A stretch of 64,000 bases of DNA from Spirochaetota bacterium (GTDB taxonomy: Bacteria > Spirochaetota > UBA4802 > UBA5550). Below, one piece after another: positions 28,058 to 39,742 of this stretch (its first letter is position 1; every line of letters starts with the position of its first letter). Location of the stretch: positions 2,560,001 through 2,624,000 of the forward strand of contig CAXXHB010000003.1 in the NCBI GenBank assembly GCA_963664815.2. The letters are read 5' to 3'. The notes beneath the pieces are model-generated. The model was not told the DNA's origin, did no database searches, and worked only from the letters and a program-made list of their open reading frames with translations. Made by a program: the position numbers and the translations under genes.

Positions 28058-29299
28058 ATGAAAATCATAAAAACATTCCGGCTTGTCTTCAGAAATAAAA
28101 TAATACGGTATTATTATTACAGGATTTCCTCAAGCATGCTTGTAAAACTCCTTGTAATTGGAATTGTTATACTCCTTTCATTTTCCACTTTTACCTACTA
28201 CGTTGAGAAAAAACATATTATTTATAAAGAAGTTGACGGCGTAAAGGTTGAAGACAGCAGCGGTTCAAGCAATATACGCAGTTTAAATGATTCTATCTGG
28301 TGGGCATTTGTTACATCAACAACTGTTGGTTATGGAGATTTCTACCCTGTCACTATTGCCGGACGTGTTTCAGGTGTACTCCTTATGTTTTTCGGAGTGT
28401 CGCTTGTCGGTGTTGTCACAGGTAATATAGCATCAATACTAGTCGAAAGACAATTTAAGGAGGAGAAAGGCTTGAAACCGGTAAAAATGAAAAATCATTT
28501 CATCATCTGCGGATGGAAAAGAGATATGGGGAAAATACTGAAAGATATCATCAGTAAAAACCAGGAGTTTATTCCGCAGGAGATTGTAATAATAAATACG
28601 GCTACTCCGGAAGAAATTGAACTGCTCCGGTCCGAGCCGGACCTTTCAGGAATAAGTTACATTCATGGAGATTATGTTGATGAGAGCGTACTGAATAAAG
28701 CAAATCTCAAATATGCAAAAAAAATTCTGGTTCTTGCTGACAGGCTTGTAACAGGTTCCGTACAGGAGGTTGATTCCAGAACAGTAATGACCATAATAAC
28801 TGTCAAATCCATGTCAAAAACTATATATGCAACCGCGGAATTGCTGGATAACAAGTTTGAAAGATACCTGGTTACAGCAAAGTGTGACGAGGTTATTTCA
28901 ACAACAGAATACAGCAGATCCCTGATAGCAAATGCCTCAACCGGAAGCGGTATTTCGCATGTAGTAAATGAACTGCTTAATGTGAATACACCTGTCGGGT
29001 TTAATACTGTTGTCCCTCCGAAAGATTTAATCGGAAAAAAATATTCAGAACTCGCTTCATTTTATAACAGGCAGAGTAATACTATACTCATAGGGATCCT
29101 TGAGAATACCGGTAATTTCCATTCAAGGAAAATGGAAGCTATTGAACAGGCCCAGAAAACTCCGGATATATCCGCGCTCGTTGACAGCCTTAAGTCCGTC
29201 AAGACAATGACCGCGAACAGACCGGTAATCAATCCATCACCGGATTATATTATCGGCAAACATAGTAAAGCTATAATTATTGAAGGGAGAGGCTGCTGA
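28058..29299 (+). CDS. Potassium channel with RCK/TrkA-N domain
   Basis: WWAFVTSTTVGYGDFYP selectivity filter; NHFIICGW Rossmann start. Confidence 0.92.
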   Translation: MKIIKTFRLVFRNKIIRYYYYRISSSMLVKLLVIGIVILLSFSTFTYYVEKKHIIYKEVDGVKVEDSSGSSNIRSLNDSIWWAFVTSTTVGYGDFYPVTIAGRVSGVLLMFFGVSLVGVVTGNIASILVERQFKEEKGLKPVKMKNHFIICGWKRDMGKILKDIISKNQEFIPQEIVIINTATPEEIELLRSEPDLSGISYIHGDYVDESVLNKANLKYAKKILVLADRLVTGSVQEVDSRTVMTIITVKSMSKTIYATAELLDNKFERYLVTAKCDEVISTTEYSRSLIANASTGSGISHVVNELLNVNTPVGFNTVVPPKDLIGKKYSELASFYNRQSNTILIGILENTGNFHSRKMEAIEQAQKTPDISALVDSLKSVKTMTANRPVINPSPDYIIGKHSKAIIIEGRGC

Positions 29300-29301
29300 T
29301 T

Positions 29302-29811
29302 ATGGGAGTTAAAGATTTTGCAGAGATTGAAAAAAAACTGGTTGAAATACCCTTTTTTAAAAAATATATCGAAAATGAAAAAATTATAAAAACCATAATA
29401 ACACTGTGCGAATTAAGAAGTTTTAAAAAGGGTTCAACAATAATCAATGAGGGGGAACAGGGGGACGAACTGTTTATAGTACTCGATGGTGAAATAGACA
29501 TTATAAAAAAGACAATGCAGAATGAAAAATATGTTGTCACCACCCTTAACGCAAATCTAGGGGGTGTATATGTCGGAGAGCTCGCTCTTATTGATAACGA
29601 TAAAAGATCTGCGACGGTTGAAGCAAAAACGGACTGTGAATGCCTTGTATTGAACAGGGATAACTTTATAAAATTCGGCGATAAATATCCGGAGATAGGG
29701 CTTAATATCACAAGATCAATTGCCATGCAGCTCAGCCAGAAACTCAGAAAAACCGGTTCCGATGTAATAACGCTCTTTTCAGCACTTGTCGAAGAAATTT
29801 CAGGTGACTGA
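29302..29811 (+). CDS. Stand-alone cyclic-nucleotide-binding domain protein
   Basis: IINEGEQGDELFIVLDG and GELALIDNDKRSATV phosphate-binding cassette; no HTH. Confidence 0.9.
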   Translation: MGVKDFAEIEKKLVEIPFFKKYIENEKIIKTIITLCELRSFKKGSTIINEGEQGDELFIVLDGEIDIIKKTMQNEKYVVTTLNANLGGVYVGELALIDNDKRSATVEAKTDCECLVLNRDNFIKFGDKYPEIGLNITRSIAMQLSQKLRKTGSDVITLFSALVEEISGD

Positions 29812-29816
29812 ATTAT

Positions 29817-30509
29817 ATGAAAAAGAGAGAACGCATAATGATAATCACTGACTCCCTTTCAATGCCGAGACGGGAAGTCGGATATGAAGAGACATGGATC
29901 TTTCATTTTAAAAACAGATTCAGGGAATTCGATATAATAGACAGACCGGCACGCGGAGCAACTTCAATGAGGCTTGTACAGGAAGGGGGTGGCGGACTTG
30001 ACCTGCTCGAGTTATATTCTCCGGACAGAGTCATACTTGAGCTGGGAATGGCCGAATGCGCGCCAAGGCTTTTTAAAAAAAACGGATTTGAACATAAGTT
30101 TATTAATAAATATCTCCCTGAAAAAATAAGAAATGACTACATTAAAGCGATAAGAGAGAGAAGAGGAAGAAAACCGGAATTTACCGACGTTTCACCGGAA
30201 CAGTTCAGGAGCAACATTTACAACTTTGCAGAAAGATGCAAAGCTCTGAATGTAAAACTTGTAATAATGAAAATAATGAGAGCTCCTGATATTTTTCTTA
30301 TGAAAAGCCCGTATGTACAGCAGAATATTGATCTGTACAACAGCATATACGATGAGGCTGCTGCCGCTTTCGAAAATATCACACTGCTCAGCCCCATAAG
30401 CGGGAATCTTGACATCAACACTTTATGCGTAGACGAAGTACATGTAACAGCGGAAGGGCAGAAACTTTATTTTAAAGCAGTTGAGGACTATTTTAAGAAG
30501 AACAAATAA
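29817..30509 (+). CDS. SGNH/GDSL-family hydrolase
   Basis: TDSLS block I and DEVH block V. Confidence 0.75.
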   Translation: MKKRERIMIITDSLSMPRREVGYEETWIFHFKNRFREFDIIDRPARGATSMRLVQEGGGGLDLLELYSPDRVILELGMAECAPRLFKKNGFEHKFINKYLPEKIRNDYIKAIRERRGRKPEFTDVSPEQFRSNIYNFAERCKALNVKLVIMKIMRAPDIFLMKSPYVQQNIDLYNSIYDEAAAAFENITLLSPISGNLDINTLCVDEVHVTAEGQKLYFKAVEDYFKKNK

Positions 30510-30517
30510 CGGGTATA

Positions 30518-30590
30518 TGTTCTATTCTCACCGCCGCCAAAGGCTACGGTGAGAATTAATCGTTTATTCTGCTTAATTTTTTATGGTTAA
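30518..30590 (-). mobile_element. MITE-like repeat, partial inverted copy E
   Basis: TCTATTCTCACCGCCGCCAAAGGCTACGGTGAGA is the reverse complement of the copy C core; lies between convergent genes. Confidence 0.6.
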
Positions 30591-30615
30591 CATATTTTCA
30601 CATATTGAAAATATA

Positions 30616-31605
30616 CTACTTAACTTTAACAGAATTGCTCATAAGACTTTCATCAAATTTAATCTTCAGTTTTTCTGCAATTGATGTATTAATGAAAAGT
30701 TTGCTCCTTTTACTCTTTTCAATCGGAATACTCTTCGGGGAAACTCCTGACATAATTTTTTCAGATGTTTTAACTGCCCATTCGCCATGTTCTTCCGCAA
30801 CTTTAATAAGACCTATCAGAGAGTATTTCATTACCCATTCATTGGTTGTTCCGGTAGGAATTCTGGTATTCTCCAGCATCCACTTCTTCATGGCGCCTTC
30901 ATCCCAGTCTTTTATTTCAACCGTATTGGAGATAATAAGCATATCTACTTTATTCTGTATCTTTAAGAACTCCTTCTTCCATTCATCTGCTGTTTTCACA
31001 TATACTTCTTCACGTAATTTAATTTTCAGCTGCTTTTTATAATTTTCCGCGCTCTTACGGTCGGACTCAAGATCTGATGAAATAAACCCCAGCCTGTCAC
31101 CTTTCGCGTGATCTCTCATGTATCCGATAATTCCATTAATATATTCAATTTCAAGAATTCCGGTAACATTGCTGCAGGGGAAGCCGTACACTGAAGCATC
31201 CCAGTTAACACCGCAAAAGACAAAGGGGAGAGCCGCATTTTTATAATATGGGACTATCAGGTATTTTGCAGCGATATCATCCGATGCTATAACAACATCC
31301 GGTCTATATTCCTCAATAGTTTTTTTCGCTTTTAGTGCTGCATCCTTAATATACTCTTCGGAGGGGTTTCTTTTGGCATCCATTTCAAATACTTTTAATT
31401 TTATATCCGCAGAATCAGCTTCAGCCTTTGCTCCTTTTAAAATACCATCAGACCAGTCATATCCTTTATGATAGGAATTGACGAAAAGAATTTTTTTCCC
31501 TGCGTATGGTTTATTTCCTGCAGACTTATTGCCTACGGTCTGACAATTAAATAAAACTGATATAAAGAGAAGAGCAATCATAAGTGTAATTATTTTATTT
31601 CTCAT
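30616..31605 (-). CDS. ABC-type substrate-binding lipoprotein
   Basis: Signal peptide/lipobox LFNC; VNSYHKGYDWSDGI, IASDD and PFVFCGVN motifs. Confidence 0.85.
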   Translation of the reverse strand: MRNKIITLMIALLFISVLFNCQTVGNKSAGNKPYAGKKILFVNSYHKGYDWSDGILKGAKAEADSADIKLKVFEMDAKRNPSEEYIKDAALKAKKTIEEYRPDVVIASDDIAAKYLIVPYYKNAALPFVFCGVNWDASVYGFPCSNVTGILEIEYINGIIGYMRDHAKGDRLGFISSDLESDRKSAENYKKQLKIKLREEVYVKTADEWKKEFLKIQNKVDMLIISNTVEIKDWDEGAMKKWMLENTRIPTGTTNEWVMKYSLIGLIKVAEEHGEWAVKTSEKIMSGVSPKSIPIEKSKRSKLFINTSIAEKLKIKFDESLMSNSVKVK

Positions 31606-31698
31606 ATTCCCCCTTTTTTAATTATATATAGATTCAATAAAACTATGTTATAATTATATGTTATACGAGATATACAGTCAATAATAATAACTGCTGAT

Positions 31699-32832
31699 TT
31701 ATTTCCCTGATGGGATTTCTCCCTGATATTGATATAAATATGTTTTAATTTTACCGTTGTAAAGCTTTCTGTTTTTATCTGCCTTTCTCCCGAAAGACTT
31801 TTCAAAGCCTTCATTTGAAGTCATAATAAAAAAAGACCACGAATCAAGCCGGGAAAAAACTTTACCCATCTCCCTGTACAGCTCCAGCACATCTTTTTCA
31901 TTCTGTAACCTCTCTCCATAAGGTGGATTACATACTATACATCCATATTTTTTACTGTTGCTGAATTCACTTAAAGGCTTTTTCTGAAAGACTATACTGT
32001 CGCCTACCCTTGCCTTTTCAGCATTACTTACAGCGGCATTAAAGACTCTTTTATCAATATCCGAGGCAAAAATTTCCAGTTTATTCCTGCTGATAAGATC
32101 CTCAGCCTCTTCACGATGTTTTCTCCACAGGGAGGGTGATATTTCAGGCCACTCTTCGGAAGAGAAACTGCGGATTAATCCGGGGGCAATATTTTTACCC
32201 TTCATAGCCGCCTCAATAGGAATTGTTCCCGAGCCGCACATGGGGTCTGCAAATATTCTGTCAGGTTTCCACCTGCTTATATCTACCAGGCCTGCGGCAA
32301 GTGTCTCTTTCAGCGGAGCTTCACCCTGCAATTCCCTGTATCCCCTTTTATGAAGTCCCGCTCCGGAGGTGTCAAGTGTCAGCGTTGCCTCATCCTTCTG
32401 CATTGATATTTCAATTCTGTATGTCGGGCCGGATTCATCAAACCATTCCTGCTTATACCTTCTCTTCATCGATTCAATAATCGCTTTTTTGACAATTGCC
32501 TGACAATCGGGAACACTATGCAGTCTGGAGTTAACCGCCTTGCCTATAACATGCATTTTGCCGTTGACCGGAATAAAGTTTTCCCACTCTACCGCAAGGG
32601 CTCCCTGGAACAGCTGTTCGAAGTCATACGCCCTGAAAGACGCCAGTTTTATAAGAACCCTGTCTGCACACCTGAGCCATAAATTTGATTTTACGACAGT
32701 GGAATAATCACCCTGGAAATTAATGCGGCCATTTTCAACTTCCGTTTTCTCTATCCCGATTTTCCTGAGTTCATGAACTACTATGGATTCCAGGCCGAAT
32801 GCCGAAGTAGCAATCAGGTTCAGATATGACAT
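31699..32832 (-). CDS. THUMP-domain SAM-dependent rRNA methyltransferase (RlmL/YpsC-like)
   Basis: LHKRGYR, APLKETLAA, DPMCGSGTIPIEAA and NPPYG motifs. Confidence 0.93.
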   Translation of the reverse strand: MSYLNLIATSAFGLESIVVHELRKIGIEKTEVENGRINFQGDYSTVVKSNLWLRCADRVLIKLASFRAYDFEQLFQGALAVEWENFIPVNGKMHVIGKAVNSRLHSVPDCQAIVKKAIIESMKRRYKQEWFDESGPTYRIEISMQKDEATLTLDTSGAGLHKRGYRELQGEAPLKETLAAGLVDISRWKPDRIFADPMCGSGTIPIEAAMKGKNIAPGLIRSFSSEEWPEISPSLWRKHREEAEDLISRNKLEIFASDIDKRVFNAAVSNAEKARVGDSIVFQKKPLSEFSNSKKYGCIVCNPPYGERLQNEKDVLELYREMGKVFSRLDSWSFFIMTSNEGFEKSFGRKADKNRKLYNGKIKTYLYQYQGEIPSGK

Positions 32833-32840
32833 TTATATGT

Positions 32841-33293
32841 TCAGCCGTTATGCTTTAAAGATTTTTTTGTTTCTTTTAATTCTTCAATTTCTCTCCGGAC
32901 ATCAACAAGCCTGTCCATAATATGTTTCTCGACGGACTGAACGCCTGCATCCTGAAATCCGTCATTAAGATATACATAAAGAACCAGTTCATTATAATCT
33001 ATATCGTCATCATCATCCGGATTGCATCTCAGTTCAACTTTGACTTCTGAAAGAAACTCCTCGTCACCCCTGCCGCTGAATTTAGATGGAAATGAATTTA
33101 TTATCAGATCTTTTCTGTCCAGTTTTAACAGGTTTATAAAGAAATCCATTATCAGTTTATCAACAGTTTCCGATTTTTCAGCTTTATCAAGAGATTTCAG
33201 ACGTCCCACCTCTCTCTCTTTAATCAGATCTCTTTCGAGGAACTTGAGTTCAGCAACCCTGTTTTCTATATCATAAATTTTTTCCTGATACAT
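32841..33293 (-). CDS. Hypothetical coiled-coil protein
   Basis: Open frame; start MYQEK at 33293 more plausible than 33407. Confidence 0.65.
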   Translation of the reverse strand: MYQEKIYDIENRVAELKFLERDLIKEREVGRLKSLDKAEKSETVDKLIMDFFINLLKLDRKDLIINSFPSKFSGRGDEEFLSEVKVELRCNPDDDDDIDYNELVLYVYLNDGFQDAGVQSVEKHIMDRLVDVRREIEELKETKKSLKHNG

Positions 33294-34115
33294 ATCACTA
33301 TTCACTCTTTTCCGGTTATTTTTTTTATTAATATAACATTCAATCTGCGGCATATCCGTTCTTCCATTCACACCATTATCTCTTTGAACTAATAATTTTA
33401 TAAGCATAAACGCATTTCTGGAAAGCTTTTATTTATTTTTAGTATTACTTTAACAAGCAACCATATACACTGACATTATTAAATTAAAATTACCATTCTC
33501 ACTATTCTATTAAAAACCATATTTCTGTGTTATTAATAAAAACTGATTATAGTAACGAAAAAAAAATTTCGTAAAAATAATTCCTGACGGCAAGTAAAAA
33601 ACTTAACCCCCACAGAAATTCCACAAAAATAATCATTGCATATAATTTACATTTCTTATAATTTTTGTTTGGAATGAAGCTGAATAAACATTCACATTAT
33701 AATATATAAAATACTACCCTGACATAACTATTATACAGGTATTAGTTGTTATATAATAGTGTTACGACAGTGTAATGAGTCACATAAAACCAAAGTTACT
33801 ATTCATAAGATTAACTGTGAAACCCCATTTTTTACTATGTTCGACATACCTTTATTAAAAGGTGGACCGACAAACCATGGGATTTCAGATATTGAGCCAC
33901 TTATTTTTTAATTAGAATTCATAAAGTCACAGCACTAGATTATAGTAAGATTTTAAAAGTAAGAATAGTTACAATAATTAAATTGCATATTTCATTTAAT
34001 CTTATTAAGAGTTTCAGCATATTTATGAATTCAATGCAATAATTTTTATTTTTTTCAACAATAAAAAACAGAAATATTCAGTTAAATTTTAAGGATTGGG
34101 GGTTAGTATTAAATA

Positions 34116-36998
34116 ATGGTATCTTTAAATTTTATTATCACTATTACAGCCGCCTTTATTGTGGGAAGTATAACATCCATTCTATTCTTAAGGTTTAAAT
34201 CTCAGACAATTGATAAATCATCTGAAGAAATTAATGAACTTTTTATATACATTACAGAAGCATTGCACGAATTTTTTTTTGTTATCAGTAATGACTGGAA
34301 AAAGGTTCATTATATAAGCCCCTCCTGGGAAAAAATATATGGCAAGAACAGGAAAAAACTGTATAAATCTCCATTTTACTGGCTTAAATTTATTCATCCT
34401 GAAGATATAGAGATAGTTAAATATAACTTAAATGAATTCGTCTCCGATGACACTAAAACAACATTTCCCGATTACCGGATAATCGATCAAAACGGTTCCG
34501 TGAGGTGGATTGCTACACGTATATTCCATGTAAAAATGAACTATAACAAAACAGAAAGAATACTTGGAATAGCTGAGGATATAACAGACCGTAAAATTTC
34601 TGAACTTGAACTTAAAAGCAGCGAAGACAATTACCGAAATATCATTAAAAATATCAGAGATGTTTTTTATCGCTGTGACAGTGAAGGCAATCTTATTATG
34701 GCCAGCCCCAGCTTCAGAAACACTTTCGGGTATGATCCTGAAGATGACTGCACAGGAATAAATATTGCAGCACAATTCTATAACAATCCGGAAGACCGGA
34801 ATAAATTTATGGAGATTCTCAAAGAAAAGGGTGAGATTCTGGATTATGAAACAACCCTCCGCAAGAAAGACGGCTCACCATTAATTGTATCCACAAGCAG
34901 CCATCTGTATTATGATGCCATGGGAAATATCGCAGGAGTTGAGGGTATTATCCGCGATATTACCGAAAGAAAAAGAATTGAGAATATGTTCAACAAAGCC
35001 TTTTTTGATAATCCCTGCTCCATGTCTATCTCTGATATTGAAACAGGTTTTTATATTGAGGTCAACAAGGCATGGCTTGAATCCCTTGAATTTGAAAAAA
35101 GTGAGGTTATCGGCCATACAGTACATGAACTGAAAATATACAGGGATCCTGTGGAAAGAAATAAAATTGTTGAGGCTATTAAAACAACCGGCCATGCTTA
35201 TAATCATGATATCGAATTCATTACAAAAAAAGGTAATTTAAGAAATGCTATTTTTTTTGGAGATGTTATTGATGTCGCAGGAAAAAAAATGCTTCTTTCG
35301 TCAGTACTGAATGTCACCAAACAGCGTGAAGCTGAAAAACTTTTAAAAGCCAGGAATGAAGAGCTTGCCAAAGCCAACGAAGAACTTATGGCGGTAAATG
35401 AAGAATTTGAGGCTTCCAATGAAGAATTACTCTCCACAAATTTCGAACTCACCCACGCAGAAGAAGAAACAGGAAGACTGAAAAATTATCTTAAGAACGT
35501 CATAGACTCAAACCCCGATATTCTTATTGTTCTTGACCATAAAATGAAAATTACTCTTGTAAACAGAACGGCCGAAATTGCTACCGGAATATCGATGAAT
35601 GATGCAACAGGTTTGCCGGTTAAGGATCTTCTCCCTGATTTCGCCCCTTCAATTGAATCGATTAGAACAGAAATCAACAGAGACGATCCCATAACAATCC
35701 ACGGCTTTCTTCTGGTAAAAAACGGCGAGAAGCGGTACTTTGACATTGTACTTTACCCATTAATCTCAAGTGACGGAGAAGGAGCTGTTGTCCGCATATC
35801 TGACATCACCGGTTTTATGAAAAACGAGGAACAGCTGAAACAGGCCCAGAAGATGGAAACAGTAGGTAATCTTGCCGGCGGACTTGCCCACGACTTCAAC
35901 AATGTATTAAGCGGAATTGTCGGCACTACAAGCCTGATAAAACATATCATTGAAAACGATACTGAATTCAGTTCAAGATTAAGGAATTACATTGAACTGA
36001 TAGACAAATCAGGCAAACGTGCAGCAGAGATGGTTCAGAGGTTGTTAACACTTACGCGAAGATCAGAGTTCACACCCGTTCCTTTTGACCTGAATAATGC
36101 AATAAAAAACATAATTCAGATATGCCTTAATACATTTGATAAGTCCGTTGAAATTAATACTCAATTCTGTAACTCCCCGGCAATGATTAAGGGTGATCAG
36201 TCCCAGATTGAACAGGTTCTTCTCAACCTCTGCATCAACGCTTCACATGCCATGACTATAATGAGAGATAAAAACAGCAGACAGGGTGGCACGCTCACCC
36301 TTTCAATAAAAAACGTCATTGCAGATAAGAACCTGTGTACAGTACATCCCGAGGCTACATCGGATAAATACTGGGTTGTATCACACACCGACACCGGTGT
36401 CGGAATCTCCTCCGCAAACCTGAACAGGATTTTTGATCCGTTCTTTACCACAAAAGAAAAAAACAATGGTACAGGTCTCGGTCTTGCGATGGTATATAAT
36501 ATTGTTCACCAGCATGGAGGATTCATTGAGGTTTATTCCGAGACCGGCACAGGATCAACATTCAACATCTATCTTCCTGAATTTTCAGAGGAAAATAACT
36601 ACGCAATTTCTTCAGACCATAATAAAATTGAAAAAGGTGACGGTCTGGTTCTTGTCATAGATGATGAAGAAATTGTCAGGATTATGGCCGAAAATTTTCT
36701 TATGGAATGCGGTTATGATGTAATTTCTGCCGGCAGCGGAAGAGAGGGTATAAATATTTATAAAATGAGAAAAGATGAAATCAGATGCATACTGCTAGAT
36801 ATGGCCATGCCGGGCATGTCAGGCATTGACGTATACACTGAACTGAAAAAAATTAATCCCGGAGTAAAGGTACTTCTCACATCCGGATTCAGGCAGGATT
36901 CAAGAGTACAGGATGCACACCTTCAGGGAATAAACGGTTTTATACAGAAACCTTATTCAATAACCGAACTCTCCAGGCAGATAAAAAAAATAATATAA
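34116..36998 (+). CDS. Multi-PAS hybrid histidine kinase/response regulator
   Basis: Four PAS/PAC repeats, coiled coil, GLAHDFNN H-box, G-boxes and receiver domain. Confidence 0.95.
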   Translation: MVSLNFIITITAAFIVGSITSILFLRFKSQTIDKSSEEINELFIYITEALHEFFFVISNDWKKVHYISPSWEKIYGKNRKKLYKSPFYWLKFIHPEDIEIVKYNLNEFVSDDTKTTFPDYRIIDQNGSVRWIATRIFHVKMNYNKTERILGIAEDITDRKISELELKSSEDNYRNIIKNIRDVFYRCDSEGNLIMASPSFRNTFGYDPEDDCTGINIAAQFYNNPEDRNKFMEILKEKGEILDYETTLRKKDGSPLIVSTSSHLYYDAMGNIAGVEGIIRDITERKRIENMFNKAFFDNPCSMSISDIETGFYIEVNKAWLESLEFEKSEVIGHTVHELKIYRDPVERNKIVEAIKTTGHAYNHDIEFITKKGNLRNAIFFGDVIDVAGKKMLLSSVLNVTKQREAEKLLKARNEELAKANEELMAVNEEFEASNEELLSTNFELTHAEEETGRLKNYLKNVIDSNPDILIVLDHKMKITLVNRTAEIATGISMNDATGLPVKDLLPDFAPSIESIRTEINRDDPITIHGFLLVKNGEKRYFDIVLYPLISSDGEGAVVRISDITGFMKNEEQLKQAQKMETVGNLAGGLAHDFNNVLSGIVGTTSLIKHIIENDTEFSSRLRNYIELIDKSGKRAAEMVQRLLTLTRRSEFTPVPFDLNNAIKNIIQICLNTFDKSVEINTQFCNSPAMIKGDQSQIEQVLLNLCINASHAMTIMRDKNSRQGGTLTLSIKNVIADKNLCTVHPEATSDKYWVVSHTDTGVGISSANLNRIFDPFFTTKEKNNGTGLGLAMVYNIVHQHGGFIEVYSETGTGSTFNIYLPEFSEENNYAISSDHNKIEKGDGLVLVIDDEEIVRIMAENFLMECGYDVISAGSGREGINIYKMRKDEIRCILLDMAMPGMSGIDVYTELKKINPGVKVLLTSGFRQDSRVQDAHLQGINGFIQKPYSITELSRQIKKII

Positions 36999-37010
36999 AT
37001 ATATCAATGT

Positions 37011-37117
37011 TAATTCCTTAACATATATTTTAGTGTAAAATAAACAATTATATCTCCCCGCCGCCTTTGGCGGCGGGGAGAATAGAGCATTTTCTATTAT
37101 ACAAAGTTCAGGAATTA
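37011..37117 (+). mobile_element. MITE-like repeat, copy C (best preserved)
   Basis: Perfect TIR TAATTCCT / AGGAATTA; perfect hairpin TCTCCCCGCCGCC-TTT-GGCGGCGGGGAGA. Confidence 0.8.
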
Positions 37118-37155
37118 TTATTGTAAATATACTGAAATTCAGATTTGATATTCCG

Positions 37156-37689
37156 TTAACTGCCGAAGCTGTTTATAAAACTACCGTAATCAACAGGTTG
37201 ATTTGATATATAGACATTTGACTGCCCCTTGGCAATTATTGCATCACCCTTCCATATTTCACCGACAACATGCATTAAAGAATTTCCCTCGCGATATACG
37301 GAGGCTTTTACTGTAACGGTGTCTCCGGCCTTTGCAGTGCCAAGGTAATCGATGTTAAGATTAGTGGAAAAAAAAGCTGTCTTATAACCGAGGGTTGCAC
37401 AGGCATGCCCCATTGAATCATCAAGCATTGCTCCCTGCGTACCTCCATGCAGAAAACCGGCCGGATTTGTCATATCCGGTCTTACGATTACAGACATTGC
37501 AAATACTCCTCTCTCAGCCTCAAGAAGTGTTCCATCCATCCATCTGGTGAGACATGGTACAGGAAAATTCCCGAGCTTTTTACCGATAAAAAGTTTCATC
37601 ATTGAAACTACCTGCTGAGAGAGTTCCTCCGAATAAACTCTTCCGGAATGTCCATTTTCATTTCCCATAAATTTAAACCCGCCATGCAT
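37156..37689 (-). CDS. PaaI-family thioesterase
   Basis: NPAGFLHGG...LDDSMG hot-dog motif. Confidence 0.9.
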   Translation of the reverse strand: MHGGFKFMGNENGHSGRVYSEELSQQVVSMMKLFIGKKLGNFPVPCLTRWMDGTLLEAERGVFAMSVIVRPDMTNPAGFLHGGTQGAMLDDSMGHACATLGYKTAFFSTNLNIDYLGTAKAGDTVTVKASVYREGNSLMHVVGEIWKGDAIIAKGQSNVYISNQPVDYGSFINSFGS

Positions 37690-37751
37690 CAGATTAATAT
37701 GCAGAATAATGAATTAACGGATCAGTTGGCAAGCTAATTTTTCTGTTGCTC

Positions 37752-38684
37752 TTAGTGGTGTTGCGTAGTATAACGTTCTTCGACTTCTTCTATGTTCAGC
37801 CTTTTAAGTTTATTTCTAAAATTAGTGCTTTCGTCATCAATAATTGTTTTTAAATAATCCATCTGTTTTTCTATTGCATTCATATAAAGATTCTCTTTTA
37901 TACCGAATCTTTCTGAAAAATGGAAGGGGGCAAAATCATAACTTTTCAGCAATGTTATATTAAGGCGCTCCATTGTTGATTCATAAAATGAAAAAGTTCT
38001 CTTTAAAATATCAAATGCAGTATTAAAACCATCCAGCCCTGCTTCACTGAACTCATAATAAAGGAAAAGGAGTTTCTCCAGATATGCGCGGTCTGACATC
38101 TGACCTATCAAATCTGCAGTGCCAAGAATGCCTCCTCCTGTTTGTATATCACCTGTAAGCATGGAGACATAATCGGATTTGATACCTGTACAGGCAATAT
38201 ATGAAGAAATTTCTGAAACATCACTTTCTGATAACTGCAGTATATCGGCATTTTTTTCAGTAAATTGTATACTTCTTCTTACATGAATAATAGTATATTT
38301 AGCGCCTGTTCCCTCTGTATCACTCTCTTCCTGAATATATCCGGTATCGTGAAGCAGTGCTGCTATAAGAAGATTAACTGTTCTTTCTTCACTCAGTTTT
38401 CCGGTTGATATATTTTTACCGTCAATCAGCCTTGCAGTTGCGAGAAACACATCACAGGTATGCCTGAGATCATGATATTCCGTATTACACTTTCTGTAGC
38501 CCTTATAATCACCGTTAAAGAGTGAATATACATTATTAAAAGCTCTTTCAACCTTATCAAATGATCCAAGGCCGTAGTTCTGGAAGTATATTGTCTGAAC
38601 CTCATTAATTACAGCTCTGGTATTACCACTATCCAGAATCAGCGCAATCTGATTTCTTCCACTGTCTGTCATCTGAAACTCCAT
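37752..38684 (-). CDS. HD-domain metal-dependent phosphohydrolase
   Basis: YHDLRHT, AALLHDTGY and TADL motifs. Confidence 0.88.
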   Translation of the reverse strand: MEFQMTDSGRNQIALILDSGNTRAVINEVQTIYFQNYGLGSFDKVERAFNNVYSLFNGDYKGYRKCNTEYHDLRHTCDVFLATARLIDGKNISTGKLSEERTVNLLIAALLHDTGYIQEESDTEGTGAKYTIIHVRRSIQFTEKNADILQLSESDVSEISSYIACTGIKSDYVSMLTGDIQTGGGILGTADLIGQMSDRAYLEKLLFLYYEFSEAGLDGFNTAFDILKRTFSFYESTMERLNITLLKSYDFAPFHFSERFGIKENLYMNAIEKQMDYLKTIIDDESTNFRNKLKRLNIEEVEERYTTQHH

Positions 38685-38929
38685 AAAATAACGACATATT
38701 CATCAGACCTGCTGCAATACCAGGATAAACACTCACAAATAAGCCCACTTTAAAAAGGTTTTTTCACAGCCACGCCCGGTGAAAAATATGGAGCACTGAA
38801 TGGGGATTTTTAAAGAACTTTACCCCGGTTATCCATGCAAACAATATTTAAAGCAAGTCTGATAATAAAAAGTATTATAAAACCGAAATTCAGCAACAAT
38901 AGCAAGCACTTTTTTAGTAATATAAACAA

Positions 38930-39727
38930 TTACACAGGTTTTAATAACCGGTTTATCTCGTCAATAATTATTGCTGCTGATTCATCAGGCTTCTCCAGCG
39001 GAAACAGGTGCCCCCCCGGAGATACCCTCAGGCTGAATTCATGCCGTTCGATAAATTTCAGAAGCGATCTTTTATGTACCGCATGGCTTTTTTCGCCATA
39101 TGTGATTGAGCCGGGGACTTTAAGTTTACTTCCGTATGAACTTATGTTGTCGGGCATTGTCTGGAATATTTTTACCTCTTTATGCACATCATAATAAAGA
39201 GAGAATCCTCCATTGCACTCCCTTAATCCATGTTTTATGTAATATTCAAGAGATCTCGGATCAAATGTGCGGAAAAGTTCCCTGCTGTAAAAATAATTAT
39301 TTACATCATCCATATTTTTCCAGAAATTTCTGCGTTTTATTGATTTTCCTGCAGGAGTTATCTTATCTGCAAGACCTGTTTTTTTCAGGACATAAAATAC
39401 TTTACCGGCATACCCCCAGAAAAATGGCGGATCAAGCATGATTATACATTTAAAAATATCCGGTCTTTTGTAAGCAGCTATAAAAGTCACTATGCTTCCA
39501 AGAGAATGACCAACACCTATAACAGGAGAATCTGCCATCTCTTCAATATTGAAAATCAATTCATCAGCAAGATTTGACCAGTTATCATTAACAGGAAATT
39601 TTTCATTGTGCCCAAGCCGGTCAATGGCCATTACCCTGTAATTTCCCGTAAAATTTGAAAGAAAAGCATTATAGCTCCCCCCGGGAAAGCCGTTTGCATG
39701 TGCAAAATATATAATTTCTTTTTCCAT
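38930..39727 (-). CDS. Alpha/beta hydrolase
   Basis: HANGF, GHSLG nucleophile and GGHLFPLE motifs. Confidence 0.92.
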   Translation of the reverse strand: MEKEIIYFAHANGFPGGSYNAFLSNFTGNYRVMAIDRLGHNEKFPVNDNWSNLADELIFNIEEMADSPVIGVGHSLGSIVTFIAAYKRPDIFKCIIMLDPPFFWGYAGKVFYVLKKTGLADKITPAGKSIKRRNFWKNMDDVNNYFYSRELFRTFDPRSLEYYIKHGLRECNGGFSLYYDVHKEVKIFQTMPDNISSYGSKLKVPGSITYGEKSHAVHKRSLLKFIERHEFSLRVSPGGHLFPLEKPDESAAIIIDEINRLLKPV

Positions 39728-39742
39728 ATTAATTCTCTTTGT

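Noticed and set aside
33812-33900. c-di-GMP-II-like riboswitch upstream of the PAS kinase
   Set aside because: Only AACTGTGAA and a weak stem match; the GGCAC/GTGC pseudoknot is missing.
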